NCBI GenBank assembly: GCA_038496445.1 | Contig: JALMLS010000075.1 | Span: forward strand, 355,435-419,434 | DNA: 64,000 bases | DNA from: Trichosphaerium sp. ATCC 40318 | Taxonomy: Eukaryota > Protista > Tubulinea | Reading direction: 5' to 3' | In this document: piece by piece, positions 12,310 through 24,960 of the stretch | Position numbering within the stretch: the stretch's first letter is position 1 | Layout: each line of letters opens with the position of its first letter | The notes under the pieces: model-generated | What the model saw: the letters and a program-made list of their open reading frames with translations, nothing else | What the model was told of the DNA's origin: nothing | Database searches by the model: none | Program-made: the position numbers and the translations under genes

Positions 12310-12413
12310 CGAAAAAATGATTTCCAAATAATTGTGTTGTAAATAAAACGTTTTAGTATAAGTGTACCAGGTTATTAGTACTACAATCTATACACATACA
12401 TTTACGTCCTGTA

Positions 12414-14416
12414 TCACAAGCCTAGTTCCTTTTCATAAGCTTCAAGTTGTGCCCTAAATCCATGATTTGGATTCACTACAAACAGTTTATTAGTTCAAGG
12501 CTATTGTAGCAAAACTTGACTTTACCGATAGGTCTTCTTGAAACCAAGTGTTCCAACGCTTTTGCTAGTGTCATGTTCTTTATTTTCATCAAGTACGCTG
12601 CAATGCATGAAGCTGAACGAGACACACCCGCTTGACTGTAACACTTTGTTAATAAACCAAGTTTCAACCAGAGCTTGAAATAACGTACCAGTGTACAAGC
12701 ATTGTTCCTTTATTGGATAATACCTTATCCATGAATTCTATCGCTTCTTCAAATCGACATTTAATATCAACATGTGGTAGATCCAATAAATCTGACAGAA
12801 CAGTTGTTATTATGGCTTAGCTTAATACGTACAAAAACTCACCCAGTATTTTGTATGTGAACTCTTCTTTGAATACCACGTGATCTGCGAATTGTGCAGC
12901 GTTTAGTACATGTGTTATACCAAGCCCTTTTAGAGCCTTAATATTAGAGGCAGCATCAAACCCACCCAAGTATAGTCCCTTATCGTTATTAGCATTGAAA
13001 CCAAGCAGAAAAAAATAGTCAAAAGGTATTTATACAAACCTTTAATATCTCATCCGGCATGCTTCGCTTCCAATCATTGAAATGTTTAGACTCAGCAAAT
13101 CCTTCAGGAACATTTACAAATCTATTTCTAGAGCATTTTAACGATTTCAAACGGTTGTATGTCTGTTTTGATAAAGGAGGCAGATGATCAATGATATTAT
13201 CGTCTATGGACACAAGAACCAGACTCTGCATAGTCAATAACCCTTCGTCTATAGATTTAATTTTATTCCTTGATGCTAGAAATGATTCAAGTTCTGATAG
13301 TGTTGTTAAATCTGGTAATTCCTGAATGCCATTCTCGCTACAATAAAATTTAGAAATAAAAAGCGAATACAGTCACTACATTATATTTTAAAAAGCTGAT
13401 ACACCTTGTAGTGTTTAATATTGTGTAAAGTATATCAATAAATTTGATTTCTGTTCGCTTTCAGGAAGGCCTTGGCAGAAAAAAACCAATTAAAGAAAAA
13501 CAATGTTACCTTATATCTATTTGTCTCAAGTGTTTTAGATTAGCCATCCACCCAGGTAAACTCGTAAGATTATTATGAGCTAACATCAAACACCTCAAAT
13601 CAGTGCACTCTTCTAAAGCATCAACAGAACTTATATTGTTTCCTGACGCTTCTAGTTGTGTTAAACTTTGTATTTTTACTAGCTTCGAAAGTTGATTGTT
13701 ACTGACTTTTAACAGAGTCAGGGACGTTAGTCGCCGAAGAGGATCAAGACCTAACTGAAAGTAAGACTACAAGGAAAAGAATAAATCAATACTCTGTATG
13801 TTGTTATCGCCTGCACTCAGCGATCGTAATGACACTGGTAAAGTCTCTGGAAGCTCTTTTAATTTGCAATTATTAACAGCAAGTGCTGTTAAGTGAATTA
13901 CGCTGAAAAATCGGTTATTTGATTTACGTCGTTTTGTGTTTGCATACCCTGAGAAGTCAGGACACGTTCTTAGGTTGTTTCCGCTTAAATGCAACGTTTT
14001 TAACCTTGTTGCATCAGCCAATTTACTGACATCTGTTATATCATTGCTACACAGCGATAACGACGTTAAACTACTCTTGGGTGAGTAGTTTTACAAGTGT
14101 GATTGCTGTTGGTTACCTTTGAAGCGAAAAAATTGATTTTGGCACTTCGGTTAAGTTGTTGGAGTCCAGATTCAACACAGATAGGTTAGTAAACGCGTCA
14201 AGAGGCGGAATCTGGCATATTAAATTTCCAGAAAGGTTAATCTGCTCCCAAACCTACAAAACAGATTAGCTTTAGTTGCAATCATACTTTAGGTACATCT
14301 GCTTTATTTTCGAGTTGTTTTGGCCATTCAGGATAACTTCCATTCGCCAAAGTAAATGCCTTACTCCGCAGTCTGCGTTGTATTTGCATAGCGACGTATT
14401 GATCATCAACTGCCAT
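12414..14416 (-). CDS. LRR-containing dual-specificity (MAPK) phosphatase, Dictyostelium Mpl-like architecture
   Basis: Multiple LxxLxLxxNxL exons, LYLGG, catalytic HC/QAGVSRSA split by an intron, AYLM, RRPI/VNPNHGF. Confidence 0.9.
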
Positions 14417-14519
14417 GTTAACTAGAGTTTTAGGTGTTAACATTAAGCGGACGTTGACTTGGCATTTCAAGCAAACATTGGTACACAACTAACCACAGCT
14501 GAATGATTTGACATCCTAC

Positions 14520-17215
14520 ATGACGGAAGAGAACAAATGCAGTAATTGCGAGAGTCTGGGTAGACCATGCACTACTCTACGTCTCAGTTGGTCATTTTGT
14601 CCTAAATGTGGTGTAAAATTACAGCAAACGTACAATTTAGCTCCTTTATACGCCGTTAATACGCTTCCAGCATAGAAGAGGCCGTTCAAAACAATGAACT
14701 AGATGAGCCTCCAAAAAGACGTGCACCAATGCCAAACGCAATGTCTGCGCCTGTTATCGAGCCAACGAAGAGATTGGAGGCTCGCACAAAACCTCGCACG
14801 TTTAACAAATACAAAACAACGCGCAAAACTAACTTTCCTTAGCTCTCATAGCGCAAAAACAAACGTTTCGGGTAGAGTTACCACAAAGTATAGCGTTATT
14901 TTTTGAAAACGCAATGTTCTTACTTCTTATCCAGCATTATCAGAGGGTAGAGTAAAGTCTCCAAAACGCGGAAGGCTAGGCAACAAAGTCATAAAATACG
15001 TTAATCCAAAAAAATGGCGTGCAAAGGGTATACTATAGCTCTCTTAGCGTATAGCATTGTTAAAACCGTTACTGATGCTACTTTAGCGCAACCACAGACG
15101 CAGACGATTCCAGCGTCAGATAAGCCCGTGAAAGGGGTTGAACAATCTCCTAGAGCTAAAGTAATACTCCGAGAACTACCAATGTACGATTGGAGCTCAA
15201 CTTCTAAAACTGCTCTTTATATTATTTTGCGAATATACAGACTATGGAAACAACGTAATTTGGCGTAAAAAGGTGCTTAGAGCATGCACACAAGTCCTCG
15301 TATTTACATTATTGGAACTTTTTTAATCGCACCTAAACTCTTCATTAGTCGCACGGAAACTGCTGTAATACGTACACGTCATCGTTCTTCGTCTGCTAGA
15401 GATCATATGCACTCTATAAAGAGGCAGGAGAGCTTTGAGCTACCTCTACAAAAGCTTAGAAGGTATTGTTTTTTGACACCTAATTTCTTTATTTTGGAAT
15501 ACTTGTTGATTCGTTATCTAGATCTAACTCTTTCAATGATGGAGCTAAGTTATCAGCACGGTCTAATAATGAAGGTCCCCATACGGATAGGTATGTGTTA
15601 GCTGGAATATTGTATTTTTTGTACAGCTTGGCAAGTGTTTACAAACAAATCTTTTAGGCCTAGTCCAGCTTTATCGCGCTTTAAACCAAAGCCTGTTGAA
15701 TGGCGTATTGAACCACCATCTGGCACTGCACCTTCTCTACCACAAGGACCCATATCCTACCAAGTAGCTTCACTATTTGAGCAAATGCGTCTAGCTCTTG
15801 TAAGTGATATTATAGCTCAAAACCAAACTATGCTAATTTCAACCAAAAATTTGACTGTTTTAGGCGCATGATGATGATGCAGAAATAGCAAGGATAAAGA
15901 TACAATTAGAAATAGTTAAAGGAGATATTAGACAGAACGGATTAACTGGATTTGATTCAAAACGTACACTTCAAAACACTTCATTGAAATTTCTTCAAAA
16001 TATGAATTGTCTTCACTTTTATTCGAAGAAAAATATTTAACTAAGTACACCTCATAGAACACGCTATAAACAAAAATTATAGAGGTAATATTAATGTATT
16101 ATCTTCTCTACGTACTGGAGAAGAAGATACAGCAACAGAACAGCCTACAAAAAGTCACACATCACCTAAAATAGCACATACGTTGCTACAGAATACAATG
16201 GTTAATGACTTAAAGTCAAAATCAGATAATGGTACAACAGGCAGCTTGGCCCGTAGTACAGAAATCAAGAGACCTGATAAAGAGGTTCCTAGTATTAATC
16301 CATTATCGAAGAGTGTTGGTGCTAAAAAGCCTTCAATATTACCTCCTAGACCTAGTCTTATGGACTTGAGAAAACCACCTATTTTATCAGGACCACCAAA
16401 TAGGCCTGTGCCAAGTGTTGGTCTTCCTAAACCTTTAAAACCACCTCCTAATCCTCCACCTGGTCGTATGGAGCCTATACTTAAACCTGCAAGAGAAAGA
16501 CAGAATGCAAAGAGTCAGGCCGTGCTTGCATTGCGTGCTAATGTAGTTGGAAGTTCAATTAAACCAGAAACGAATTTTAAAGTACGTATAACCCAAAACA
16601 AAAAAAAGAGAAAGAAATGAGAATTACTTTGTTAGTTAATGCTTGTTTTTGTTTAGGTGTATCATATTCGAGTAAATTTCTGTGATAATTCATGGACTGT
16701 ATATAGAAATTATGGTCAGTTCTTGTTTCTGCATAATAAGGTACAAAACTGTTCGAATTTAAGTTAAGTTTTTGAAATACTTTTCAGTTATTTTTCAAAG
16801 ACTCGCCTGTTGTAGTCTTGAATTAAATCTATATTTTTTAAACATCACAATGGATAACACGCTTAATTCAAACAAAAAATCTCTTTGTGTCGCTCAGATA
16901 TCCCTGTGTTTTCAAAAGAAAGAGTTACTATTAACAAATTTGAAGTGCTTTTATCTCACCTTTGTGTTATAGTTAAAAGGAGCTAATATACTACCGGATA
17001 ATGTGAGTCTTCCTCAAAGACGTTCTATACAGAGTAGTAGTCAACTGAGGATTGGAGACACAAAGGGTTTTGATAAAAAGATGGCAGATTACCTTGACAG
17101 CATAGTTGGTATGTCACGTTTTTCTTTCTGTTCTTTTTGCTAATTGTACCAAGTTCAAAAAGGTTTATGGGAAGCTATCGAATTGAGAAAATTTCTAAAC
17201 ATGCCTGTACGTTAA
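14520..17215 (+). CDS. Multi-exon protein: N-terminal zinc ribbon, proline-rich middle, C-terminal PX domain
   Basis: MTEENKCSNC...FCPKCG at the start. C-terminal VYHIRVNFCDNSWTVYRNYGQFLFLHNK/LK...LPQRR...MADYLDSI...LRKFL fits a PX domain. Confidence 0.75.
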
Positions 17216-17477
17216 ACCTTGAAAAAGGGCGTTCGTGGGAATAATCATAAGTAACAACAATGAATTTTAAAATGTACACTAATAATAAAAAATATCAGAC
17301 CAAGAATAAGGTCATAAATTAACACTTAGCTTGCAAAATGTTACTGACAGAAATAGAAAGAAATACTTTTTAGTGATAATGAGAATGTACGATTGAGGAA
17401 AAAAAAACAACAAACTTTTAAGAAGATCTCAAAGCCAACAAGAGAGTTCAAATCAAAAAGTTAATTTTTTGTTGATT

Positions 17478-18975
17478 TCAATACATGCACTCATTCAGAT
17501 CAGGATCAGAGTCGTAGGCATTGAACCTTCCATAACTCTCGCGCATGTTCAGTTCACATACTCCTTTTTCGCAAGCTTCACAAAACTCAGACATGTGAGG
17601 CTTACTTCCATCATTGAGAGGCTTTACGCCAATCCTGCAAAAGACATTATATTTTTGCTGTTTCTCGTTTCTGACGCACCTTCTCCGTGAGCTTCGCTTA
17701 TTTCTCCACATATAGTCAGGATGTACGTATACTTTACAGTCTTTGCAAGCTTGTCTATGTTCCTTTTTACCTTTGCTTGACATCCACCTTTTCAAGCAAC
17801 GTGTGCACTTAAAAAAAGAAAAAGATTGTCTCCCTTTGAACTTCTTTCTTTTAACCCATTTTCCTTTAATGTTTTCGAAAGGAAGAGGAAGAGACTTTCG
17901 TTCACGCCGTTCCTTGTCATTTTCATCACTATCATCGCTGCTTGACATGCCTTCGTCATCACTGCCCGAACTGTTTTCATCGTTAGGCGCACTATAGCGG
18001 TAGCGTGAATAATATGAGCTTCTTTCAGGCATTGGCGTTAGCTTGATGTCGCTTCGCAGTGAATCAATCCTAGAACTTAAACTTGTTGATGTGCCCGATG
18101 TGCAGTCGATAATGGTTCTTCTTGGGTTTTTTGTAGGCAATGGCAACAACACTGTGGTGTCAGGTACGTCGTCACCTGTAAGGTCAATGAAATTTCGTCT
18201 TTTTGTAGGAATAGTCGGTTCTTGTGTGGTCTTTTCTTCTCTGCTAGGAGGTAAACCCATAAACTCTCTGGCGTCATCCAACGTCTTAAACTTCTTAAAC
18301 CTTGCTCCTGCGAATTTATGAACTTGCTTTTGACATTCAGCCCTAAGAAGTAGGTCAGGACAGTCGTAAAATAATCTCAAAACAAAAACCCTCTAAGAAA
18401 AAAGAAGCACGTGCCATGTTCCATAGATACCAGGTTGGAACCCTCTTAATACAGCGTAATATCCAGTCACTGCACAACCTCTCATTACAATAGGCATTTT
18501 ACTCGATGTACCGCTCTGTACCACGTGGGGAGTACGAATTTTTTGGTGTTTATTGAACACCGGAGGAGTGTAAATTTGCTTCATAACTTTAACAGCATTT
18601 CCATTGCGCTGAAGCGCATTTGCATTTGCTAACAACTTCCTCCTTGCCAATGCATTCTTACGGTTCTGTTCAATCTACATAGACGTCTTAGAGAAGAAAG
18701 CCTAATGCTGGAAAAACAAAATAGAACCTTTACTAATTGAGCTGCTGTAAGCGGTTGCTCTTTCGTCTTAAGTCTCTCTAAGGCTGCCTTTCTGTTTTGT
18801 TCTATCTGTAACGCAAGAATTCGTGAATACAATGTTTTCTGTATTTGTATACCAGTGCTAACTGTTCTGGAGTCAAAGGGTCCTCCTCTGGGGCGTTTGC
18901 TGGACTAGAAGCAGAGAGTCGTGCGCGTTTGGCAGGATTTACGCATTCGGTATTACTGAGGGCTTTTCTCTTCAT
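17478..18975 (-). CDS. Nuclear protein: 2x RPA32-binding-type helix + RNase H1 N-terminal hybrid-binding (Cauli_VI) domain + zf-3CxxC
   Basis: MKRK...PAKRAR NLS. LTPEQLAL/IEQNRKAALERLK and LTAAQLVK/IEQNRKNALARRK. YYAVLRGFQPGIYGTW/AECQKQVHKFAGARFKKF. FKCTRCLKRWMS...QACKDC...PHMSEFCEAC. Confidence 0.85.
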
Positions 18976-19459
18976 TGTTGCTGCGTCAGATTGCTTTTAG
19001 TGGGTTAATCAAAGACTCATTCTACAAAAAAATAACCGCTACTTACAATGCTTGTAATCGATAAAACTACGCGTGGTGGTATTCCTGGCGATCTTTAAGG
19101 AAGATCATTAGCTTTAGTCACAAGTTTTAAGGACTCTTCAAAAAAGACTTGTTGTAACGTACTGGTATTCGTTTTAGAAAACGACAAGGTTGTATGCCTT
19201 TTTTTGAAATCACTTTGTTTGTTTTGTCTCTGACAGCCCATTACTTAACCACATAAGTCGCCTTTTTTTTTTTGGTTTGCCATCGAAAAATACCTCCAAG
19301 TTTCCTTTAAGAGTTTGGCTGTGACAAGAATTGAACTCAGACCTTAACCTTTGCTGTAAACAAGCTTCTCTGTTGACAAAAGATCATTTACAATTTTATT
19401 TTGTACAAGGAGAGGTAAAAGAGGTTGATATTCACACGTTCAAAGAAAAGATCACTCAT

Positions 19460-21419
19460 CTAACCACTCACAGCGTAATTCATTTTTACGCTATCAAAAA
19501 ACTTGTGCTCCAAAGCCTCCTCAATACTTAACCTATAACAACAGGTAAGACACAGTTAAGACGAAAGCAGCCACAAAGAAACAAAGCCTTGTACCTAACC
19601 GCTGGATCATATTCAAGTAGTTGCAACAATAGTTGTGGAATATCGTCTATATCTTTAGGAAAAAGTTGTGTAAGGTCAAGAGCATCAACGGCAGGAAATC
19701 TACAAAAAAGTTAGCCCAACAAATCAAAAAAGTAAATGCTCAAAGCTACTCTCATTGCCATTACGTACTTTACGTTTTCTGCCCACTCTGGGTTCAAAGC
19801 CATTAACTGGCTATCATTTGGTGCACCTAGAATGCTTATAATCTGAGCAAGCTGTCCTTGAGCATTTCTACCCTCAAACAAGATTCTACCAGAAACCATC
19901 TCAAAAAGTATACAAGCAGCAGACCACACATCCTTAAAAAAAAGTAACCGTCAGACTAAAACGATCATTGTAGGTACTCACAATTTTAGTTGTATAGTTA
20001 GTGCTACCGAGTATCAATTCAGGCGCTCTAAAAGACCACGTCAATCTCTTTGAACAGCTCAGCTATTTGTAGTACCTGTAGAACCGTGCAACAATATATG
20101 AAGCACTTGGTTCGATATTTGGTTTAAGGATCTTGGCAGCGCCAAAATCTGAAACGTTACTGTTAGATTTTTTGAAACAGAAAGAAGGCGTATTAGTGCG
20201 CACCAACTAATTTTACAAAGTCGTCTTTTCCGACCATAATCTAACAAGATGTTAATGAAACGTACTTCACCTTAACACTAAGAATCAAGACGCACGTTAT
20301 CCGGCTTTAGATCTACAAAAGTGTCAAAAAAAATTCGGTTAAGTCCAAAAAACAACAACTTAAAGTACACTCAATGAGCGACATTTTAAACTGTAATCTT
20401 ACGCAAAATTACGTACCTCGATGACAAATATTGTATCTATGCATATATTGCAAGCCTAGACATATCTACATGATTTTAGAAGTAAACGAGTGTGAATAAA
20501 AAACCAGCCAATAAACCGAGCCATTACCTGATAATATATGTACCGGATACGCTTTAGACGTAGTTTGCCAGTTTTAATAATTTCATATAATGATGAGCCA
20601 TCTACGTATTCCATAACAACGTTCTATTGCATAAGTAAACCACAAGTTTTGCTGTTTGTAGACGTACAAGAAACTTTTCTCCGTTTGTGTTTTCTGTGTA
20701 AAAGGAATCTTTCACTACGCGAAAAACAATTAACCACTACGAGATCTAACAATTGATTGTACATTTGATGATATTCCGATGTGACATCTAAAAGACATAA
20801 ACAATCAGACCAATCAAGTTTAATTTTTTACGCACGTTAGTTAGTATTTCCACCTCACGGCTAATGTATTTGCCGCTTTTCTAGATTTGTAGAGTAAGAA
20901 GTATTGTATATGTAGACATTTTTGATTGTTAACACGTAACTGGTATCCTTTTTATTGCTACAGTGTGTCCCCTACCGTTTGTGCATTTATAAACGCACCC
21001 AAAACTGCCTTTTAATAATGGTTACTGCAAGGTGCAAGTAGTAACAAAAACCGCACCTTGACCTAACACCTCCTTTATTTCATATGATTGATACCGTGCT
21101 GCATGTTTAGAAGCTTTTGGAGGGTTGTCGTTATTTCTTGTATAATGTGTAAGCAACTGAACGCCAGTGAATATACAGTACCTAATAGTAGACCGACGCT
21201 TCTTCTTCCAGCTCATTGCTTATCAAGTGTGAGTATTAAAAAATAAAACAGAGAAAAGAGACTTGTCTACTTGCACGCGTAGACACCAAAATTCGCTTTG
21301 AATTAAAGCCTTTTGGGTTTTAAAAAGGCCGAAACTCACAAATACTTACTTTCATCAGCCCCAGCTCCTTGCACAAACCGATCAACTCCAACTAGCACCC
21401 CGAACGCCACGTAGAGCAT
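19460..21419 (-). CDS. GSK3/shaggy-like CMGC Ser/Thr kinase (many exons; 5' exon tentative)
   Basis: VLGQGA, HRDLKPDN, DFGAAK...[48 protein letters not shown]. Confidence 0.88.
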
Positions 21420-21678
21420 TTTGGTTTGCTATGGTTGTTAAATCTATAAAAAAAGTCAACAAATGTAAAATTTGCACAAGTGTTCAGCTCCACGGTTGTT
21501 ACGAACAGTTGTAGCATACTATCTTCGTAAACAAGGCTGATTCTTAATGTAGCTTGCAACTGCACATTGACCGTTTTGAACAATTTTAATTCAAATGACA
21601 TTAAGTGAATGATTGAAACAACTTACATGGCGCTCTCGTCAACGCAAGCACTGTGGAATTAGTGAAAGGGTTTAATAC

Positions 21679-22918
21679 ATGGCGTACTTGGTTTCAAAAG
21701 ATCAACAATCAATTTTATTATCAACAGGCACAACAGACCTTGGTAGAGGCTCTGATTCTACACTGGTACGATTAATAAACTTTTCCTATTAAAATTGTAA
21801 TACAACCTCAGGGAATAGCTGACCAGCATCTCTCACGCCACCACTGTAAGCTATTTCGCTCAGAGGATGTAGTAATGGCGTCTTTTACAGGCGCCAACCA
21901 AATGTTTCTGAAAAGACCTAAAGAAGACAAACTAGCCATGCAAAAAGGTAAGAACCGCGAATACTAGCGTCAAAAAATTTAACGCACGACGACTTAAAAA
22001 ACGAAATTAAAAATGGTTTATTCCAGGTAAACGCTACGTTGTCCATCCAGGAGATGAGCTATGGCTTCTTAAAGAAAAATACTGTTATACACTAGTGTCA
22101 GAGCTGAATGACATTGCGCCTCCAAGTCCAGATTTAGCAGAAGGAACAAATAGTGGTCCAAAGAGCCAGAGTAGCTCGTACGTGCGAAGGGCTCTATAAA
22201 CGAATTTTTGTACTGACTGAGAAACAGAGGAAGCCTTTTTTCATCAAAATACGAACATTTGATAAAGAACTCCGGATCTTTGGAACCTGTTGAGTCATTC
22301 CCTGATAAGAGTTTGTCAAACAAATATGATGATGCAGTAGAGTCCATTGAATCATTCTCTGATAACTCTGCTAGTCAGGTATACGAAATTGCATGTCAAA
22401 CTTTATATTCTTATTTTTATTTACAGGGAACAAAACGGAAAAAAGCTATACTGCAAAGACCTACTTGTGCGAAAAAGTTAAAGCCAAGTACTGAACCACC
22501 TAACTGTAATTGTGATAATCTATGCGTTACAAGAACGGTGAAATCTGCTGGATACACGCAAGGTAATAATAGAATGTATATTCATTTTTTCGAAAACACT
22601 TTTTCATGCAACATTCGCTAACCCAATCCAGGCAAGTGTTTTTTTGGTTGTGCGAAAGTTGTAAGTGGGTGTGGTTTCTTTCAGTGGAAAGGTGCTCCCT
22701 TATGTGATGGACATAATCTACCTTGCAGCCGCCAGGTTTGTTCACGTGTTGGCAGACATCGGTACTAAATAATTTTTTTTTTTGCTCGTTTCTACTTTTA
22801 TTAACTAGTTTGACGTAGTGGTAAGCATTTTTGGGCATGCTCAAAGAAGAAACTTGATGATTGTCGATATTTTAGCTGGATAGATGAACCACCTTATACT
22901 TTTGAGAGTGACTACTAA
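21679..22918 (+). CDS. PNKP/aprataxin/APLF-type FHA domain plus two GRF zinc fingers
   Basis: MAYLVSKDQQSILLSTGTTDLGRGSDSTL/GIADQHLSRHH...GANQMF...PGDELWLL (FHA). CNCDNLCVTRTVKSAGYTQG/KCFFGCAKVVSGCGFFQW and CDGHNLPC.../GKHFWACSKKKLDDCRYFSWID (GRF). Confidence 0.82.
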
Positions 22919-23063
22919 AACCAACCTTGTAAAAAAAATTGTAAATACATCAAAATCCAAAGACCACTTGCATTCCAGTTCGCGAGACAGTCCACCACGT
23001 ACATGGAAATAACACAACATGGTCCGTTTTTGGTTGACTTGTCAAGAATAATAAAGCCGTTCA

Positions 23064-24331
23064 ATGGCGTCTCAAACACAATTTCGAGCAGCTGAAAAGA
23101 AGTATAAACGTTACAAAGGCAAAGAAACCTGTTTTAACGATGTGATTGATTTTGAAAAGCCACACGCGAGTATTGAGCATGTGAAGACAAATGATAAAAA
23201 ATACGCTGTTTATGCGCTCAAAGACAAACCAGGTTTGTTAAACGAATGATATCATTATGTTAACAAGTTTTTTAGGCTTCTTTTACATAAAAGACTTCTT
23301 CTCTCCTTTAGAACAACTACAGATGGCGCAAGAGTGTTTAAAAACGTATCCACATTCAAATGTATCAAACCTAGATGCTATGTACGATAAGATTGATATT
23401 ACATCCTTGTATAGCTCTATCTATGAGAAAGGCACGTCATCAAGCCTAATAATCTCTAAGCTCGAAAAGAAACGCCAGAACAAATCAGTCTAATATCCAA
23501 AGTCAAAAACACCACAGTTACCTTAGACAGAGACAAAGTACTTCGAAAACTACGGTGGCTAACGTTGGTACCCACCCACAGCACAACATTCTGGGATTTA
23601 ACATATTTCAAAGGGTTATCATTACAACTGGACGGATCGCACTTACTCCCGAGATAATCATACAGCATTCCCTGACGCCCTTGGTAAAACAGCGAAAGAT
23701 CTTGCAGAATGTGTTGGATCTAGTATAGAACCTGAAGCTGCAATTGTAAACTTTTATCACTTGGGTAAAAAACGAAATTGTGACACTTTATTTTTGAAAT
23801 GACATTTTGACACTTTGTTATCATTAGCTTCAACAAATCTACTTTGTGGTCATCTTGATGATGTAGAAGAAACTTATGATGCACCTGTAGTTTCAATAAG
23901 GTATGTTCCTCATATATTTAGACATTTGTTGTCTTAGAGCTCAATAGTATCGGAAACACAGCCGTGTTTCTATTGGGTGGTGAAACTAAACAAGAGAAAC
24001 CAATTGCAATGTGGCTTTATAGCGGTGATGTTGTTGTAATGGGCGGGGCATCTCGTCTTTGTTATCACGGTGTACCTAGAATATTAGTACGCTTTTATTA
24101 ACAATGGACATACTAGTCTAATCAAGGAATTTCTAGAAAGACAGTACACCAGTAATCTTCAGTGAAGTTGTTAAAAATGACCCTTCTTTAAAAGGGGTCT
24201 ACTCGTTTTTAAAGACAGCAAGGATAAACATCAATGTCCGTCAGGTGTACCCAAGCGTCTGTCAAAGCTCTGAAACAACAGATGATACAGAACACAAGCG
24301 GAAAAGGCGCAAAATAAGCCAAATAACATAG
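23064..24331 (+). CDS. ALKBH1: AlkB homolog 1 Fe(II)/2OG dioxygenase
   Basis: [68 protein letters not shown]. Confidence 0.92.
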
Positions 24332-24448
24332 TACTTGATTAAGTGGATACAGAAAGAGGTTGTACTGGTAGCTTTTAGCGCTCGGAGATTGCGGATAAAT
24401 ATCGAAGCTAGTTGACCTCGTTTTACGTCATTATTCGACGAACAAAGC

Positions 24449-24820
24449 ATGGATTACAAGGAGTTTCTGGAGGGATACTACACTGCGCTCAATAAACGCG
24501 AAATTGGACCTGTTTTACAGTTTCTTGATAAAGACGTTGAAGTCACATTTTCTGATCCCAAAAGAAATTGGAAAGGGCTAGAGATTGCACAAAGCAAGTT
24601 CGAGCTTATGTACAACCGTAACCCAGAGTTCTATTCAAAGATAATGTCAATGAGTCAAGAAGCTCCTTCAAATGATAGAAAAACCTCTAGTGTAGTCATT
24701 CAGGCGTGGTTTGGGAAAGAGCAGGATATTAAACAGGCGGAGGGCAGTAAAACGACAGAAATGCGTTATACATTAGCACAAAAGGGTGACCAGTGGTCTA
24801 TCATGCGTATAGAACACTAA
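24449..24820 (+). CDS. SnoaL/NTF2-like fold protein (intronless)
   Basis: 123-aa ORF with FLEGYYTALNKREIGPVLQFLDKDVEV...KGLE and C-terminal GDQWSIMRIEH. Confidence 0.7.
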   Translation: MDYKEFLEGYYTALNKREIGPVLQFLDKDVEVTFSDPKRNWKGLEIAQSKFELMYNRNPEFYSKIMSMSQEAPSNDRKTSSVVIQAWFGKEQDIKQAEGSKTTEMRYTLAQKGDQWSIMRIEH

Positions 24821-24960
24821 CTGCTGTTTCCGCTGTTTGAAGTAACCGCGTTCGTTCATCAATGGATAAATCCAGGGAACGCCACAGCAGTTACATTATT
24901 TTTTGACGTGTAGAAGTAAATACCGCTTAACGCTTTTCATAATTTTGTAAACCACAGACG

